Shown one piece after another: positions 25,968 to 35,301 of a stretch of DNA of 59,649 nt. The DNA comes from Verrucomicrobiia bacterium (GTDB lineage Bacteria; Verrucomicrobiota; Verrucomicrobiia; Chthoniobacterales; UBA6821). Where the stretch lies: NCBI GenBank assembly GCA_026398175.1, contig JAPLTJ010000144.1:1-59649 (forward strand). Reading direction: 5' to 3'. The first letter of the stretch is position 1. Each line of letters starts with the position of its first letter. A program made the translations under genes and the position numbers. Below the pieces are notes generated by a model. The model did not search any database and was not told the origin of the DNA. It worked only from the letters and a program-made list of their open reading frames with translations.

Positions 25968-27254
25968 TCAACTCTCAACATCGATTGCAGAAGCCTGTTT
26001 AGCTTCAGAAGGGGAGCGGAGATTCTTTGCAGTTTTTAAAATTTCTTCTGCTCTTTCGGTACTACAACCGAGTAGATCAGCGATATCACTTGGATCGACG
26101 GTAACGACGACTTCTACTGAATTCATACCACCATCAGCTAAAATTTTAGCTTCTGCTTCGGTGACTCCTAAAGCGGAGGCAAGTTGGTGCACAGCTCCAG
26201 CCATTTGCTGTTCGAAGACCTGAGCAGCCGTACGATCTTCTTGAATATCGAGATCCCAACCTGTCAGACGTGAAGTTAATCGCGCATTTTGCCCACGCTT
26301 TCCAATTGCAAGAGCAAGATCTTCTTTCTCCACGAAAAGGTGCAATACATGAGCGGCTTCATCCACCTCCACATTTTTGATGCGCGTTGGCTTCAACGCT
26401 TCTCTGATAAATTCTTTAGGATCTTCATACCAACGAATGATGTCTACTTTCTCGTTGTTGAGCTCCCGCACGATATTTTTCACACGCGCGCCTCGCACTC
26501 CAACACAAGCTCCGACAGGATCCACTTTCTCGTTAGCGCTATAAACAGCAACCTTGGTACGGAAGCCTGCCTCACGCGCAATCGCGCGAATGTCAACGGT
26601 ATGATCCGCGATTTCACTCACCTCAATTTCAAAAAGACGTCGAATGAAATTAGGATGACTCCGTGAAAGAATAATTTCTGGACCGCGGCTCCCATTTTCG
26701 ACAGCAACAACGTAGGCGCGCAAACGATCTCCAATATTGTATTCTTCTGTACTGACCCGTTCTTTAGACGGCATAACTGCCTCAAATTTACCAAGATCAA
26801 TAATGACATCGGATCGATCAAAACGCCGTACCGTTCCATTGACAATTTCTCCAGCACGATCTTTGAACTCGTCGTAGATCATGTTTTTTTCAATCTGGCG
26901 AATCCGTTGCGTAATGGCCTGGCGAGCCGTTTGAGCGGCGATACGTCCAAAATCAGAAGGAGTTACTTCTATTTCGATATCATCACCAATGGCAACATCT
27001 TTGTTGACCAGCTTGGCACGGGCAAGACTGATTTCTTCTTGCGGATTCGTTACCGTTTCGACAACAAGAGGCCTTGCAAAAGCACGGATTTGTCCATTCT
27101 TCGCATTGATATCAATGCGAACTTCTCGAGAAATAGAGAAGCTCTTTTTGGCAGCAGCAATCAATGCCGTCGAGATGGCCTCAATGAGGGCCTCACGTTT
27201 AATACCTTTTTCGCGCTCGAGGTAATCGAGCATGGCGATAAATTCAGAGTTCAT
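25968..27254 (-). CDS. nusA: transcription termination/antitermination factor NusA
   Basis: S1 + KH1/KH2 architecture (VGACVGVRGARVK GxxG loop), directly upstream of infB. Confidence 0.95.
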   Translation of the reverse strand: MNSEFIAMLDYLEREKGIKREALIEAISTALIAAAKKSFSISREVRIDINAKNGQIRAFARPLVVETVTNPQEEISLARAKLVNKDVAIGDDIEIEVTPSDFGRIAAQTARQAITQRIRQIEKNMIYDEFKDRAGEIVNGTVRRFDRSDVIIDLGKFEAVMPSKERVSTEEYNIGDRLRAYVVAVENGSRGPEIILSRSHPNFIRRLFEIEVSEIADHTVDIRAIAREAGFRTKVAVYSANEKVDPVGACVGVRGARVKNIVRELNNEKVDIIRWYEDPKEFIREALKPTRIKNVEVDEAAHVLHLFVEKEDLALAIGKRGQNARLTSRLTGWDLDIQEDRTAAQVFEQQMAGAVHQLASALGVTEAEAKILADGGMNSVEVVVTVDPSDIADLLGCSTERAEEILKTAKNLRSPSEAKQASAIDVES

Positions 27255-27401
27255 AACGTATAAATTTTTCCAGATGAATAAGAGGGCTCTCTTCTTTAGC
27301 AGAAAAAAGTCCCTCCCAAAAATATATTGGATTGATGAATATGACGCCCTATGAACAAATGGTCAATCTCGGAATAATTTTCTTTTCCCCAAGAAAATCA
27401 T

Positions 27402-27436
27402 TGTAACGAATAGCGAGTAACGAGTAATGAGTACTG
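27402..27436 (-). repeat. heptamer array H14 (type II, 5 units; the only start-proximal array in purine-rich orientation)
   Basis: TGTAACG AATAGCG AGTAACG AGTAATG AGTACTG; ends 3 nt before nth ATG. Confidence 0.85.
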
Positions 27437-27439
27437 CTG

Positions 27440-28081
27440 ATGAAACCTCACCAGCTCGCTAGCCTCCTTGCACAAAAATTCCCTCAACTCTATCCTGACG
27501 CACATTGCGAGCTGCTTTACAGCAATCCCCTCGAGCTTCTTGTCGCAACGATTCTTTCAGCACAATGCACTGATGTTCGCGTCAATCAAGTGACACCTGC
27601 ACTTTTTCAACGCTGCAAAACCGTTGAGGACTACGCCTCGATTTCTCAACAGGAACTGGAAACGATCGTTCACTCCACCGGATTTTTTCGCAATAAGGCA
27701 ACAGCTATTCGCAAGACCGCCGCTGCACTTTTGGAAAAACATGCTGGAAAAATCCCGCAATCTCTCGCTGAACTTTCAGCCCTTCCTGGCGTTGGAAGAA
27801 AAACAGCCAATGTTGTTTTGAGTAATGTCTTCGAGATTCATGAGGGTGTTGTTGTCGATACGCATGTCGGACGCCTCTCTCAACGCCTCGGCCTCACGCG
27901 CCATCATCAGCCCGTCAAAATCGAACAAGACCTGATGAAACTTTTCCCGCAAAAAAATTGGGGCATCTTAAGCCACTGGCTGATCTTGCATGGCCGTCGG
28001 CGTTGCTACGCGCGCAAGCCTGATTGCATCGAGTGCGAGCTGCGTTTGATTTGCCCAAGTAAAGACTTGGTCAAAAAGTAA
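27440..28081 (+). CDS. nth: endonuclease III
   Basis: HhH-GPD LPGVGRKTANVVL and C-terminal C-x6-C-x2-C-x5-C cluster (CYARKPDCIECELRLIC). Confidence 0.93.
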   Translation: MKPHQLASLLAQKFPQLYPDAHCELLYSNPLELLVATILSAQCTDVRVNQVTPALFQRCKTVEDYASISQQELETIVHSTGFFRNKATAIRKTAAALLEKHAGKIPQSLAELSALPGVGRKTANVVLSNVFEIHEGVVVDTHVGRLSQRLGLTRHHQPVKIEQDLMKLFPQKNWGILSHWLILHGRRRCYARKPDCIECELRLICPSKDLVKK

Positions 28082-28097
28082 CGGGTAACGAGTATTT
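28077..28097 (-). repeat. heptamer array H15 (type II, 3 units)
   Basis: AGTAACG GGTAACG AGTATTT; the nth stop TAA (28079-28081) is part of unit 1. Confidence 0.75.
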
Positions 28098-28186
28098 TTC
28101 AGATCCAAATAAAGTCAACATTTCGAAACTTGTAATCTGGCACGATATATTTTAAAAAAAATCTTCTCAGAAAATTTTGTCTCAGA

Positions 28187-28214
28187 ACTCGTTACTCGTT
28201 ACCCTTTACTCGTT
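28187..28214 (+). repeat. heptamer array H16 (type II, 4 units)
   Basis: ACTCGTT x2 ACCCTTT ACTCGTT; contains the mqn-gene stop (28199-28201) and its last 4 codons; complementary to H15. Confidence 0.9.
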
Positions 28215-29239
28215 ACAAAAAAAGGTGTTCTTTTTTTTGGAGTGATCCCCGCCGCCTTCACCCATTCGAGCACCTTCTCCACATTAGTTTCCAAAATTGT
28301 TCCCGCTTTCTGCGTAACTTGATCTTCCAAGACGACATCAAAATCAGAAGCTCCCCACTTCAAGGCGGCAGGACCTTGAGCGCCTTGCGTTAAAAATGAA
28401 GCGCGAATCACAGGAATGTTATCAAGATAGAGTCGGCTCAAGGCAACCGCTTTTAAATATTCTTCGTTGCTGATGCGCGAGCCTCCAAGAGCCGTATTAT
28501 CAGATTGGTAAGTCCAGAGTAAAAAACTGCTAAAGCCGCCGGTTTTATTTTGCAAAGCTCGGATATGTTCTAAATGTTCGATGCGATCTTCCCAGCTCTC
28601 CCCAAAACCAATCACCATCGTGGCCGTCGTGCCATAGCCGAGGCGCTGCGCAAGCTCCATTCCATCGAGGTATTCAGAAACAGAATATTTCAAAGGTGAT
28701 AATTTTTGACGCCAGGCATCCGTCAGAATTTCAGCGCCTCCTCCTGGAATCCATCGCAGACCGGCCTTCTGGAGCCTCACCAAAGCTTCTTCCAAAGAAA
28801 TCCGAGAACTGCGCGCAATAAAAATCACCTCCACAATGGTCGGCCCATAAATTTCAATCGCATCTCCATAGCGCGCACGCACTGATCGAAAAAGTTTTTC
28901 GTAATGATCTATTTTTAATTTGGGATGGAATCCTCCCTCCATCGCAACAAGACTTCCTCCAATCGCCAACAAGTCATCGATTTTTTTAAAAATAGCTTCA
29001 TCACTGAGAACATAACCCTCGGGATCATTGGGCCGACGATAAAAAGCGCAGTAGCTGCAATTGGCCACGCAAATATTCGTATAGCTCACAATTCTCATGA
29101 TGAGATAAGTTGCTTCCTCTTCGGGGCACTGCTCGCACCGCTTGGCATGGGCCTGCAGACGCAATTGTTCAGGATCGCGAGCAAGAAGATGGAGCGCTGA
29201 TTCTCGTGTGAGTGGGTGTTTCATAGACGACCTAAACAA
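28199..29239 (-). CDS. radical SAM enzyme of the futalosine menaquinone pathway (MqnC/MqnE family)
   Basis: CVANCSYCAF CxxxCxxC motif, GGGAEIL and GFSSFLLWTYQ regions typical of the CofH/MqnC/MqnE clade; cannot separate MqnC from MqnE by eye. Confidence 0.8.
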   Translation of the reverse strand: MFRSSMKHPLTRESALHLLARDPEQLRLQAHAKRCEQCPEEEATYLIMRIVSYTNICVANCSYCAFYRRPNDPEGYVLSDEAIFKKIDDLLAIGGSLVAMEGGFHPKLKIDHYEKLFRSVRARYGDAIEIYGPTIVEVIFIARSSRISLEEALVRLQKAGLRWIPGGGAEILTDAWRQKLSPLKYSVSEYLDGMELAQRLGYGTTATMVIGFGESWEDRIEHLEHIRALQNKTGGFSSFLLWTYQSDNTALGGSRISNEEYLKAVALSRLYLDNIPVIRASFLTQGAQGPAALKWGASDFDVVLEDQVTQKAGTILETNVEKVLEWVKAAGITPKKRTPFFVTSKG

Positions 29240-30054
29240 GTTGCTAACAAAAATAAAAATCCGACAATCGCATTGGTGTGAAAAAAAGCTCGATTGATGG
29301 CATCGAGTTGGAGCGTCTTAGCAGTGCGATGTTCGTAGATAAGGAGGAGCGGCACAGGAATTAAAAAAAGATAATAGCCAAGATACTGCTGGGTCATCCA
29401 CCCAAAAAGAATCAACGCTCCCAACAAAAAAACATGCAACCATCTTGCCAACGTTAGAGCTTGTGGCACACCTAGCCGGACCACCATAGAATGCAGAGCT
29501 TCTTGACGATCGATCTCCACATCTTGCGTGGCATAGATGACATCAAAACCCGCAACCCAACCAAGCACACCTAGCGCCAAGACCAGAGGAGCCTGTGCAA
29601 TCTTTCCAGTCACCGCAATCCAAGCCCCAACGGGAGCCAGCGCTAAAGCCATTCCCAAAAAAAATTGAGCAAAGGAAGTAAAACGTTTTGTGAAGGAGTA
29701 GAAAAAAATAATCGCTAATGCCACCGGTGAGAGCAAAAAACAAAGCGTATTGATCATGATCGTTGCACTCACAAAAAGAAGGGCACTCAGGCCGCAAGCC
29801 ATGATCGCAGCTTGCTTACTCAACAACAGGTGACGTTGCGCCGTGCGAGGATTGCGTTGATCTATCTCCCAATCGACGATGCGATTAAAGGTCATCGCTG
29901 CTGTGCGCGCAAAAACCATACATCCCATAATCAATCCGAAAAGCAGCCATCCAGGCCATCCTCGAGCTGCTACAATCATGGAACCCAGTGCAAAAGGCAA
30001 TGCAAAGAGCGTGTGGGAAAAACGAATAAAGGTGAGAAAATGACGGAGTGACAT
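29221..30054 (-). CDS. UbiA-family aromatic prenyltransferase
   Basis: Polytopic membrane protein, NRIVDWEIDQRNPRT and DVIYATQDVEID Asp-rich motifs; overlaps the mqn gene by 19 nt; ATG 30054 preferred (extension to 30123 enters repeat B2). Confidence 0.85.
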   Translation of the reverse strand: MSLRHFLTFIRFSHTLFALPFALGSMIVAARGWPGWLLFGLIMGCMVFARTAAMTFNRIVDWEIDQRNPRTAQRHLLLSKQAAIMACGLSALLFVSATIMINTLCFLLSPVALAIIFFYSFTKRFTSFAQFFLGMALALAPVGAWIAVTGKIAQAPLVLALGVLGWVAGFDVIYATQDVEIDRQEALHSMVVRLGVPQALTLARWLHVFLLGALILFGWMTQQYLGYYLFLIPVPLLLIYEHRTAKTLQLDAINRAFFHTNAIVGFLFLLATCLGRL

Positions 30055-30074
30055 GATATTCGTTTTCACTTCTA

Positions 30075-30590
30075 CCAAAAATAAATCAAATTTTTTTCCA
30101 AAATAAAAAAACACTACACCCAAACGTCATTCCAGCGAACCCTGGAATCCAGCGACTGTCGATCTTTATTTTTGTTCTCATAAAAGTTGTATAATACCAT
30201 CTCCCCAAAATAAATGGACTATAAGACGCTGGAAGTTTGGTGTTGAGCAAGGCGGAAGAGTGCAGCGCTATGCGAACATAACGCCAGATCTGACAACGAA
30301 GCTCAGCGCCAAAATAACAAGTCAGATGGTCCAGATCTGACAACGAAGCTCAGCGCCAAAATAACAAGTCAGATGGTCCAGTTATTTTAGGGAGATGGTA
30401 TAACGTCACAAAAGAAAGAAATGCTTTATTTTATAGAACCATCAATTCTGTATTGAAGGGCTCCTGGATTCCAGCGTCCGCTGGAATGACGCTAATGTGT
30501 GAGTGCAGATGAAATATGGATCAGAAGCGTTCTGAGTTCTGCCTTCGCGAGAATGAACTTTTTCTTCTATTGGTAGATTTTATTTTGGAC
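30075..30590. mobile_element. family B, copy B2 (full composite form, 516 bp)
   Basis: Outer inverted repeats CCAAAAATAAATC / GATTTTATTTTGG, inner GTCATTCC...GGAATGAC hairpin ends, inner ATACCATCTCC / GGAGATGGTAT; flanks shared with B4. Confidence 0.8.
30284..30381. repeat. 47-bp tandem duplication (2.1 copies) inside B2
   Basis: CCAGATCTGACAACGAAGCTCAGCGCCAAAATAACAAGTCAGATGGT at 30284-30330 and 30331-30377, identical. Confidence 0.95.
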
Positions 30591-30603
30591 AAAAGTGATT
30601 TTC

Positions 30604-31518
30604 TTAGATTCTTCGACGCGCTTGTTCCCATTCCAGCGCTCGTTGCGGAAGAATTTCTTGAATCAGTTTTTTCCAACGTTCCAATGTTTTTTCCATCGTG
30701 AAATTTTGAACAACCTCAGAGCCGCGTTGCACAAGCCTCGCGCGCAGCTCCTGATCTTGCTTCAAACGACGTAGCTGTTGCAAGAGTTCTTCTGGTGCCG
30801 CAGCAACGAGATAATCTTGTTCTGGAGATCCTTCACTAGCATAAGCAGAATCGCAACCTCCAATAAAAGGAACGCCAGCAAGCCACGCATTATAGAGTTT
30901 CGTGGCAGGCTTGTTGTTATAGGAGTTGTTAGAAAAATCACGAATCGCCACCACGGCATCAACCTCGGAGTAATCATGCCATTCTTCTTTGTGCTTCATC
31001 TGAAAATGAAAGCCGAGCTCGCTCTCAAGATGACGCTGCCATTCCTCTGATTTTAATTCAGGAGCAATATTATCAGGGTCGTCAAAATAGCAAATATTGG
31101 TAAATGTCTTTCCCCTATTTTCATCTCGTGGAATCAAATAGTGTTCTGGCCAGTGCGGCATGTAGAAGGCATTCGCATACTCACGAGCTTGAACGGGATT
31201 TTGCACAATATGAAAATGCGCCACAGAACGAGGCAGCCGATCCGCAGCAATATCAACTAAAAAAAACTTATCTGATCCCTGTGAATCTGGATGAATATTA
31301 AAACTGAGCATCAGGACGATCCCCTCTTCAGGAAGATAGGGAGTGTATTCGCAGTTAATTCCTTCCTTCATCAACAAAAGCCATGGTTGAAAAATCCAAC
31401 TCCGTGGAATACCAAATCCTTCTTTTTCTCCACTAGGCGTTCTCTGTCGATCTGTAAAAGCACGCACCCATGCCGGCGGAGGAATAAATTCTTTAGGTGC
31501 CACGAAGGTCACTTTCAT
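30604..31518 (-). CDS. hypothetical protein with a GT-B (glycosyltransferase group 1)-like C-terminal half
   Basis: NKPATKLYNAWLAGVPFIGG...LRRLKQDQELRARL resembles a GT1 C-terminal domain; 15 nt downstream of parA. Confidence 0.5.
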   Translation of the reverse strand: MKVTFVAPKEFIPPPAWVRAFTDRQRTPSGEKEGFGIPRSWIFQPWLLLMKEGINCEYTPYLPEEGIVLMLSFNIHPDSQGSDKFFLVDIAADRLPRSVAHFHIVQNPVQAREYANAFYMPHWPEHYLIPRDENRGKTFTNICYFDDPDNIAPELKSEEWQRHLESELGFHFQMKHKEEWHDYSEVDAVVAIRDFSNNSYNNKPATKLYNAWLAGVPFIGGCDSAYASEGSPEQDYLVAAAPEELLQQLRRLKQDQELRARLVQRGSEVVQNFTMEKTLERWKKLIQEILPQRALEWEQARRRI

Positions 31519-31533
31519 GACGTAAGAAAAATT

Positions 31534-32346
31534 TTACGCTTGCGCTGCTGGCGCTCCCACAAAAGAAATCCCAGCTGCTTGGCGTTTTAAAAACTCCAGC
31601 GCCAAGGCTCGATAAGCAGCTGCACCAAGACCTCGCGGATCATATTCTAAAATCGTTTTCCCAAAACTAGGGGCTTCGCTCAAGCGAATCGACCGCGGAA
31701 TCACCGTGTCAAAAACAACTTCTTGAAAATGGTCACGCACATCTTTGACAACAGCTCCACTCAAGTTCGTTCGTGCGTCAAAGAGCGTCATGAGTAATCC
31801 ACTCATGGCCAAGTTTGGATTAATGCCACCTTGCCGCAATTGTTCCATCACACCAACCAGCTTTCCAAGGCCTTCCAGCGCATAGTACTCACATTGTATG
31901 GGAATGAGAACTTCGTCCACTGCTGTCAACGCATTTGACATCAAAATCCCCAAGGAGGGAGGACAATCGATAAAAATAAAATCAAATTTTTGAGAAGCCT
32001 TCAATGGGGCCAATCGATTTCGGAGTTGCACTAAGTGCTCCTCTTGGCGCGCCACATCAATCTCCGCGCCTGCTAAGTCCAAATCGGCTGGGATCAAAAA
32101 AAGATTTGGGAGTCGCGTAGAGAGAACAATCTCCGCCATCGTTGCTTCGCCAATCAAGGCTCGATAAAGCCCTCCCTCTGGAACTTCGTGCGCTAAAAGC
32201 ACCGTCGTGGCATTGGCCTGAGGATCGAGGTCTAGCAGTAACACCGACTTTCCTTGTTCAGCCACCGCTGCAGCCAAGTTGACACTCGTCGTCGTTTTAC
32301 CGACTCCTCCTTTTTGATTAGCAATGGCAATGACTTTAGTGGGCAT
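31534..32346 (-). CDS. parA: ParA/Soj-type partition ATPase
   Basis: Deviant Walker [17 protein letters not shown], 270 aa. Confidence 0.9.
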   Translation of the reverse strand: MPTKVIAIANQKGGVGKTTTSVNLAAAVAEQGKSVLLLDLDPQANATTVLLAHEVPEGGLYRALIGEATMAEIVLSTRLPNLFLIPADLDLAGAEIDVARQEEHLVQLRNRLAPLKASQKFDFIFIDCPPSLGILMSNALTAVDEVLIPIQCEYYALEGLGKLVGVMEQLRQGGINPNLAMSGLLMTLFDARTNLSGAVVKDVRDHFQEVVFDTVIPRSIRLSEAPSFGKTILEYDPRGLGAAAYRALALEFLKRQAAGISFVGAPAAQA

Positions 32347-32350
32347 GCAA

Positions 32351-32385
32351 ACAGGTTACAGGTTACAGGTCACAGGCTACAGGAA
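32351..32385 (-). repeat. heptamer array H17 (type I, 5 units)
   Basis: Plus strand ACAGGTT x2 ACAGGTC ACAGGCT ACAGGAA; 4 nt from the parA start (32346). Confidence 0.9.
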
Positions 32386-32399
32386 AAAATATTTCCGTA

Positions 32400-32855
32400 T
32401 TACATCTTTAAATTAATTTCTTTTCTCAAATAAAGTTTGGCCATCGGCCCTTCGTTGCGATAACCAAGACTTTTATAAAACTCATGCGTGCCATCTTTGG
32501 CACGTCTTAATCCTGAGCAAAGATCGATGATGACAGAGCCAGATTGTTTAGAAATTTCTTCCAAAAAAAACATCAGCTTTTTGCCGATACCTTGACCGCG
32601 ATAGGATGCATCAACCACGATGCCCTCAAGATGAAACCGTGTTTTATTCACTACAAAGGGCTTAGATTTGGACCATGCAATCCATCCCACAATTTTGCTT
32701 TCATCGCAATCAACAGCAACGCCATAACCATCCAGTTTCACAAAGGAGTTAAAGTAATTCTCTAGCTTTTCGGGAGTGCAGGGATAACCAAGCTGCGTCA
32801 TCAAAGGCAACAACCCAGGAAGATCTTCTTGGTTTGTAAATCGAATAGTGATCAT
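32400..32855 (-). CDS. GNAT family N-acetyltransferase
   Basis: YRGQGIGKKLM acetyl-CoA binding motif A, 151 aa. Confidence 0.85.
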   Translation of the reverse strand: MITIRFTNQEDLPGLLPLMTQLGYPCTPEKLENYFNSFVKLDGYGVAVDCDESKIVGWIAWSKSKPFVVNKTRFHLEGIVVDASYRGQGIGKKLMFFLEEISKQSGSVIIDLCSGLRRAKDGTHEFYKSLGYRNEGPMAKLYLRKEINLKM

Positions 32856-32998
32856 TGTCAGTTTGTTTTGAGTGTTTAAAAAAAATTAATTCTTAATAAC
32901 TCGAGCACGAATATGCTCATGCCGTTTTTGGATTTCTTGAATCATATGAGTCCAGCTCGCTGATCAAAAAGTTGTGTTTCCTTTTTTAAATGAACAGT

Positions 32999-33236
32999 CG
33001 CTACACCCCCGACGTCATTCCTGCGGACGCAGGAACCCAGGCGACTGAGGATCTGCATTGTGATTTCGTAGATGCAATAGGTTTGTGCAAAAAAGTAATA
33101 TGTTGTCCTCTACAAGGCTCAAATGTTTTTTGATTGGAAGTGACAAAAATACTTTTACGGCAACAAACATAAAGATCGACTCCTCGCGCAGGCGAGGACC
33201 CAGCGGATCACCAACCTGCGTCCGCAGTAATGACGG
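32999..33236. mobile_element. family B, copy B3
   Basis: CGCTACACCCCCGACGTCATTCCTGCGGACGCAGGAACC ... CTGCGTCCGCAGTAATGACGG. Confidence 0.7.
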
Positions 33237-33280
33237 TATTTTTTTTAATGAAAATAACAATTGCGTTACTCCGTTAGCAT

Positions 33281-33686
33281 TTATTCAGCTAGCCAATGAG
33301 CTGAACTCCTACCTTGAATCATCGATTTTGAAACATCCGCTTTCTTCGCGAAATAAGGCCATCTCGAAATACCATTCTCAACTTTTTTTAAGAGAGATTG
33401 AAATTTTTTCTGTGCCACTCCCGCATCAACACACAATGCTTCGACAGTCTTAATAGCTGGCCATACCTCCCCAAACATCTGGAAGACAATCTGAAATCAT
33501 TCCTGGCAATCCATCAAGGAGCCCTGCTCCATTGAAAGCAGCTGTTGTTAGCGGCAATGAAAGAGGCGAGAGATTATGACCTCGCTCTATCCATTCTTCA
33601 TCATAAGCAAAATAGATGGTGCCTCGATGAACAAGATGCCCAATGAGAGCGCCATCCCACCAATGAACTTGAAGATGTGATTGCAT
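33281..33686 (-). pseudogene. hipA: hipA-like kinase toxin remnant (N-terminal ~70 codons joined out of frame to C-terminal ~60 codons)
   Basis: ORF 33450..33686 has the HipA N-terminal coupling motif GLPGMISDCLPDVWG; ORF 33281..33478 resembles a HipA C-terminus; the whole kinase core is missing. Confidence 0.6.
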
Positions 33687-33979
33687 TATTTTTTATGACT
33701 TCGAGCATGCTTACGAGAACCTGATGCATGCTTGCGTTGAGGAGCGAGAAGATCTTTGAGCCTCAATTCCGGAAGAGCTTCAGGAATAAGAGCGCCTAAC
33801 ACATCGCTGTAGCCAAAGAACCCAAGTGCACGAGCCACATGCCTGAATTCTACTTTGCCATCACCCATTTCAATCTTCCTATAAGTTGGAATAGTAATTT
33901 TCACGAGGGAGGCAAGATAGGCTTGGGAGAAATTGCGCCTTAAACGCTCTGCACGCAATCGTTCTCCTAACTTTTTCAT
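33686..33979 (-). CDS. hipB: XRE-family HTH antitoxin (HipB-like)
   Basis: LGERLRAERLRRNFSQAYLASL... HTH_XRE; its stop TAA overlaps the hipA-remnant ATG (TAATG). Confidence 0.65.
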   Translation of the reverse strand: MKKLGERLRAERLRRNFSQAYLASLVKITIPTYRKIEMGDGKVEFRHVARALGFFGYSDVLGALIPEALPELRLKDLLAPQRKHASGSRKHARSHKK

Positions 33980-34029
33980 CGCTTCCCTCTCTCCAAAAAT
34001 AGAAATCATACTTTCTATTCATAGCTAAA

Positions 34030-35274
34030 TTATGGCTTTTTGCAAATTATAATTTGTTTTCCAAAATAATCAGCAATTCCTTTCGCCACCGCATCGGCAT
34101 ATTCGCGATAGAGGCTCGGGAGGCATTTACTCCCAACTTGGCGACGTCCTTTGTAATCGCCAAGCTGCACGCGCTCAAAAACCTCACGATCATTCATCAC
34201 ATAGGCTTCACAATAAACAACAGGGGCTTTGATGAGGCGCGTTGCCAAAAGATTTCGATTCCAGAGATAAGGATTATTAGGAGAGGCTGGTCGTGCCTTA
34301 GCTGGATTGTGATAAGTAAACGGAGGAAGTCCTGTAGCGGCTACGAAGGCCTTCGCCACATCATCCGAGACCTCGACGACTTCATGATGAGTGCGACCAA
34401 GCAGTTTCATCAACATTGTGTACCTCACATCTTCATTGACTAATTCTCCTTCGCTAAAATCACCTGAGATTAAAAAATGAAGCCGCTCTTCGTGAAAAAG
34501 TTTAGGATGCTTCGGATTACCCCACTCCTCCGCATCGTAATGCATGCAGATCACAAGATCCGGTTTAGCGACTTCATTGATCCAATTCGCACGATGATGA
34601 ATTTCCGCAACGCGATAAAAAAGGGCCTCTTCCATTTTTTTGAGGCGATGCGGTGTGCAGACAACTTTTTCTTTTTTTAATTCTTGGATCGCAGCAGTCC
34701 GAAGTTGCGCTGCGCGAAGCGGTGTTGTTGGGCCTAGCTCATGCTTCGTCATATCGACCTCCGCCCCCAAGGCTCGAAGACGCTTAGCGAGATGTCGTGC
34801 CGTGATAAATGTCATCGTCCCTTCTTCCACCGATTTTGATTTTCCAATACGAAACCAGCGCTCTTCCATCTTGGCCCACTCTCCTCCCAAATGCCCAGGA
34901 TCGAGAACAATCTTAATTCCTGCCAATGGCTTGCCAGGGAGCGAATCACATTCTGATTTTCTTTTCCAGTAACGCGGAACTGTTTTGCAATCAGCCTCGG
35001 AAGAAGCCAACGGCAAGTGAAGGGCTTGTTCAGCCGGAGCATCAGGATAGGGCTCAATAACGGCTTCCTCAGGCGTGATTGTGATCCAATTTTTCCAAGA
35101 ACCATCAGGAACATAAACTTCTTGGAGATCTTGTTCCAGCTTGCTGGCAGTGATTGTATTGGCATAGCGCTGCAAGGAAGCCCAGTGCGGCTGTCGCGCT
35201 AATGGCGTTAGTTGTTGGGCTGAGGCTGCCAGCGGCAACACAACACCAATTAAAAAGAGGAAAAAAAAATTCAT
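34030..35274 (-). CDS. N-acetylmuramoyl-L-alanine amidase (Amidase_3-like)
   Basis: Signal peptide, IVLDPGHLGG, LVICMHYDAEE, CEAYVMND and C-terminal YADAVAKGIADYF as in Amidase_3 proteins. Confidence 0.7.
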   Translation of the reverse strand: MNFFFLFLIGVVLPLAASAQQLTPLARQPHWASLQRYANTITASKLEQDLQEVYVPDGSWKNWITITPEEAVIEPYPDAPAEQALHLPLASSEADCKTVPRYWKRKSECDSLPGKPLAGIKIVLDPGHLGGEWAKMEERWFRIGKSKSVEEGTMTFITARHLAKRLRALGAEVDMTKHELGPTTPLRAAQLRTAAIQELKKEKVVCTPHRLKKMEEALFYRVAEIHHRANWINEVAKPDLVICMHYDAEEWGNPKHPKLFHEERLHFLISGDFSEGELVNEDVRYTMLMKLLGRTHHEVVEVSDDVAKAFVAATGLPPFTYHNPAKARPASPNNPYLWNRNLLATRLIKAPVVYCEAYVMNDREVFERVQLGDYKGRRQVGSKCLPSLYREYADAVAKGIADYFGKQIIICKKP

Positions 35275-35301
35275 GAAAAAAAGCACCTGCAAAATCTAGC
35301 G

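Noticed and set aside
23905-27263. Plus-strand and off-frame ORFs within infB and nusA (e.g. 24875..25204, 26289..26666, 26907..27263)
   Set aside because: These are shadow ORFs of well-supported minus-strand genes.
30055-30123. N-terminal extension of the UbiA-family ORF
   Set aside because: It extends into repeat B2. ATG 30054 gives MSLRHFLTFIRFSHT, a normal UbiA N-terminus.
30086-30343. 85-aa ORF inside B2, and 122-aa ORF 33085..33453 across B3
   Set aside because: They are composed of repeat sequence and the 47-bp duplication. They have no start context, and the second overlaps the hipA remnant antisense.
33450-33686. 78-aa ORF as a stand-alone HipS of a tripartite HipBST system
   Set aside because: No HipT kinase gene follows. 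Instead a HipA C-terminus-like fragment continues in another frame, which fits an internal deletion better.
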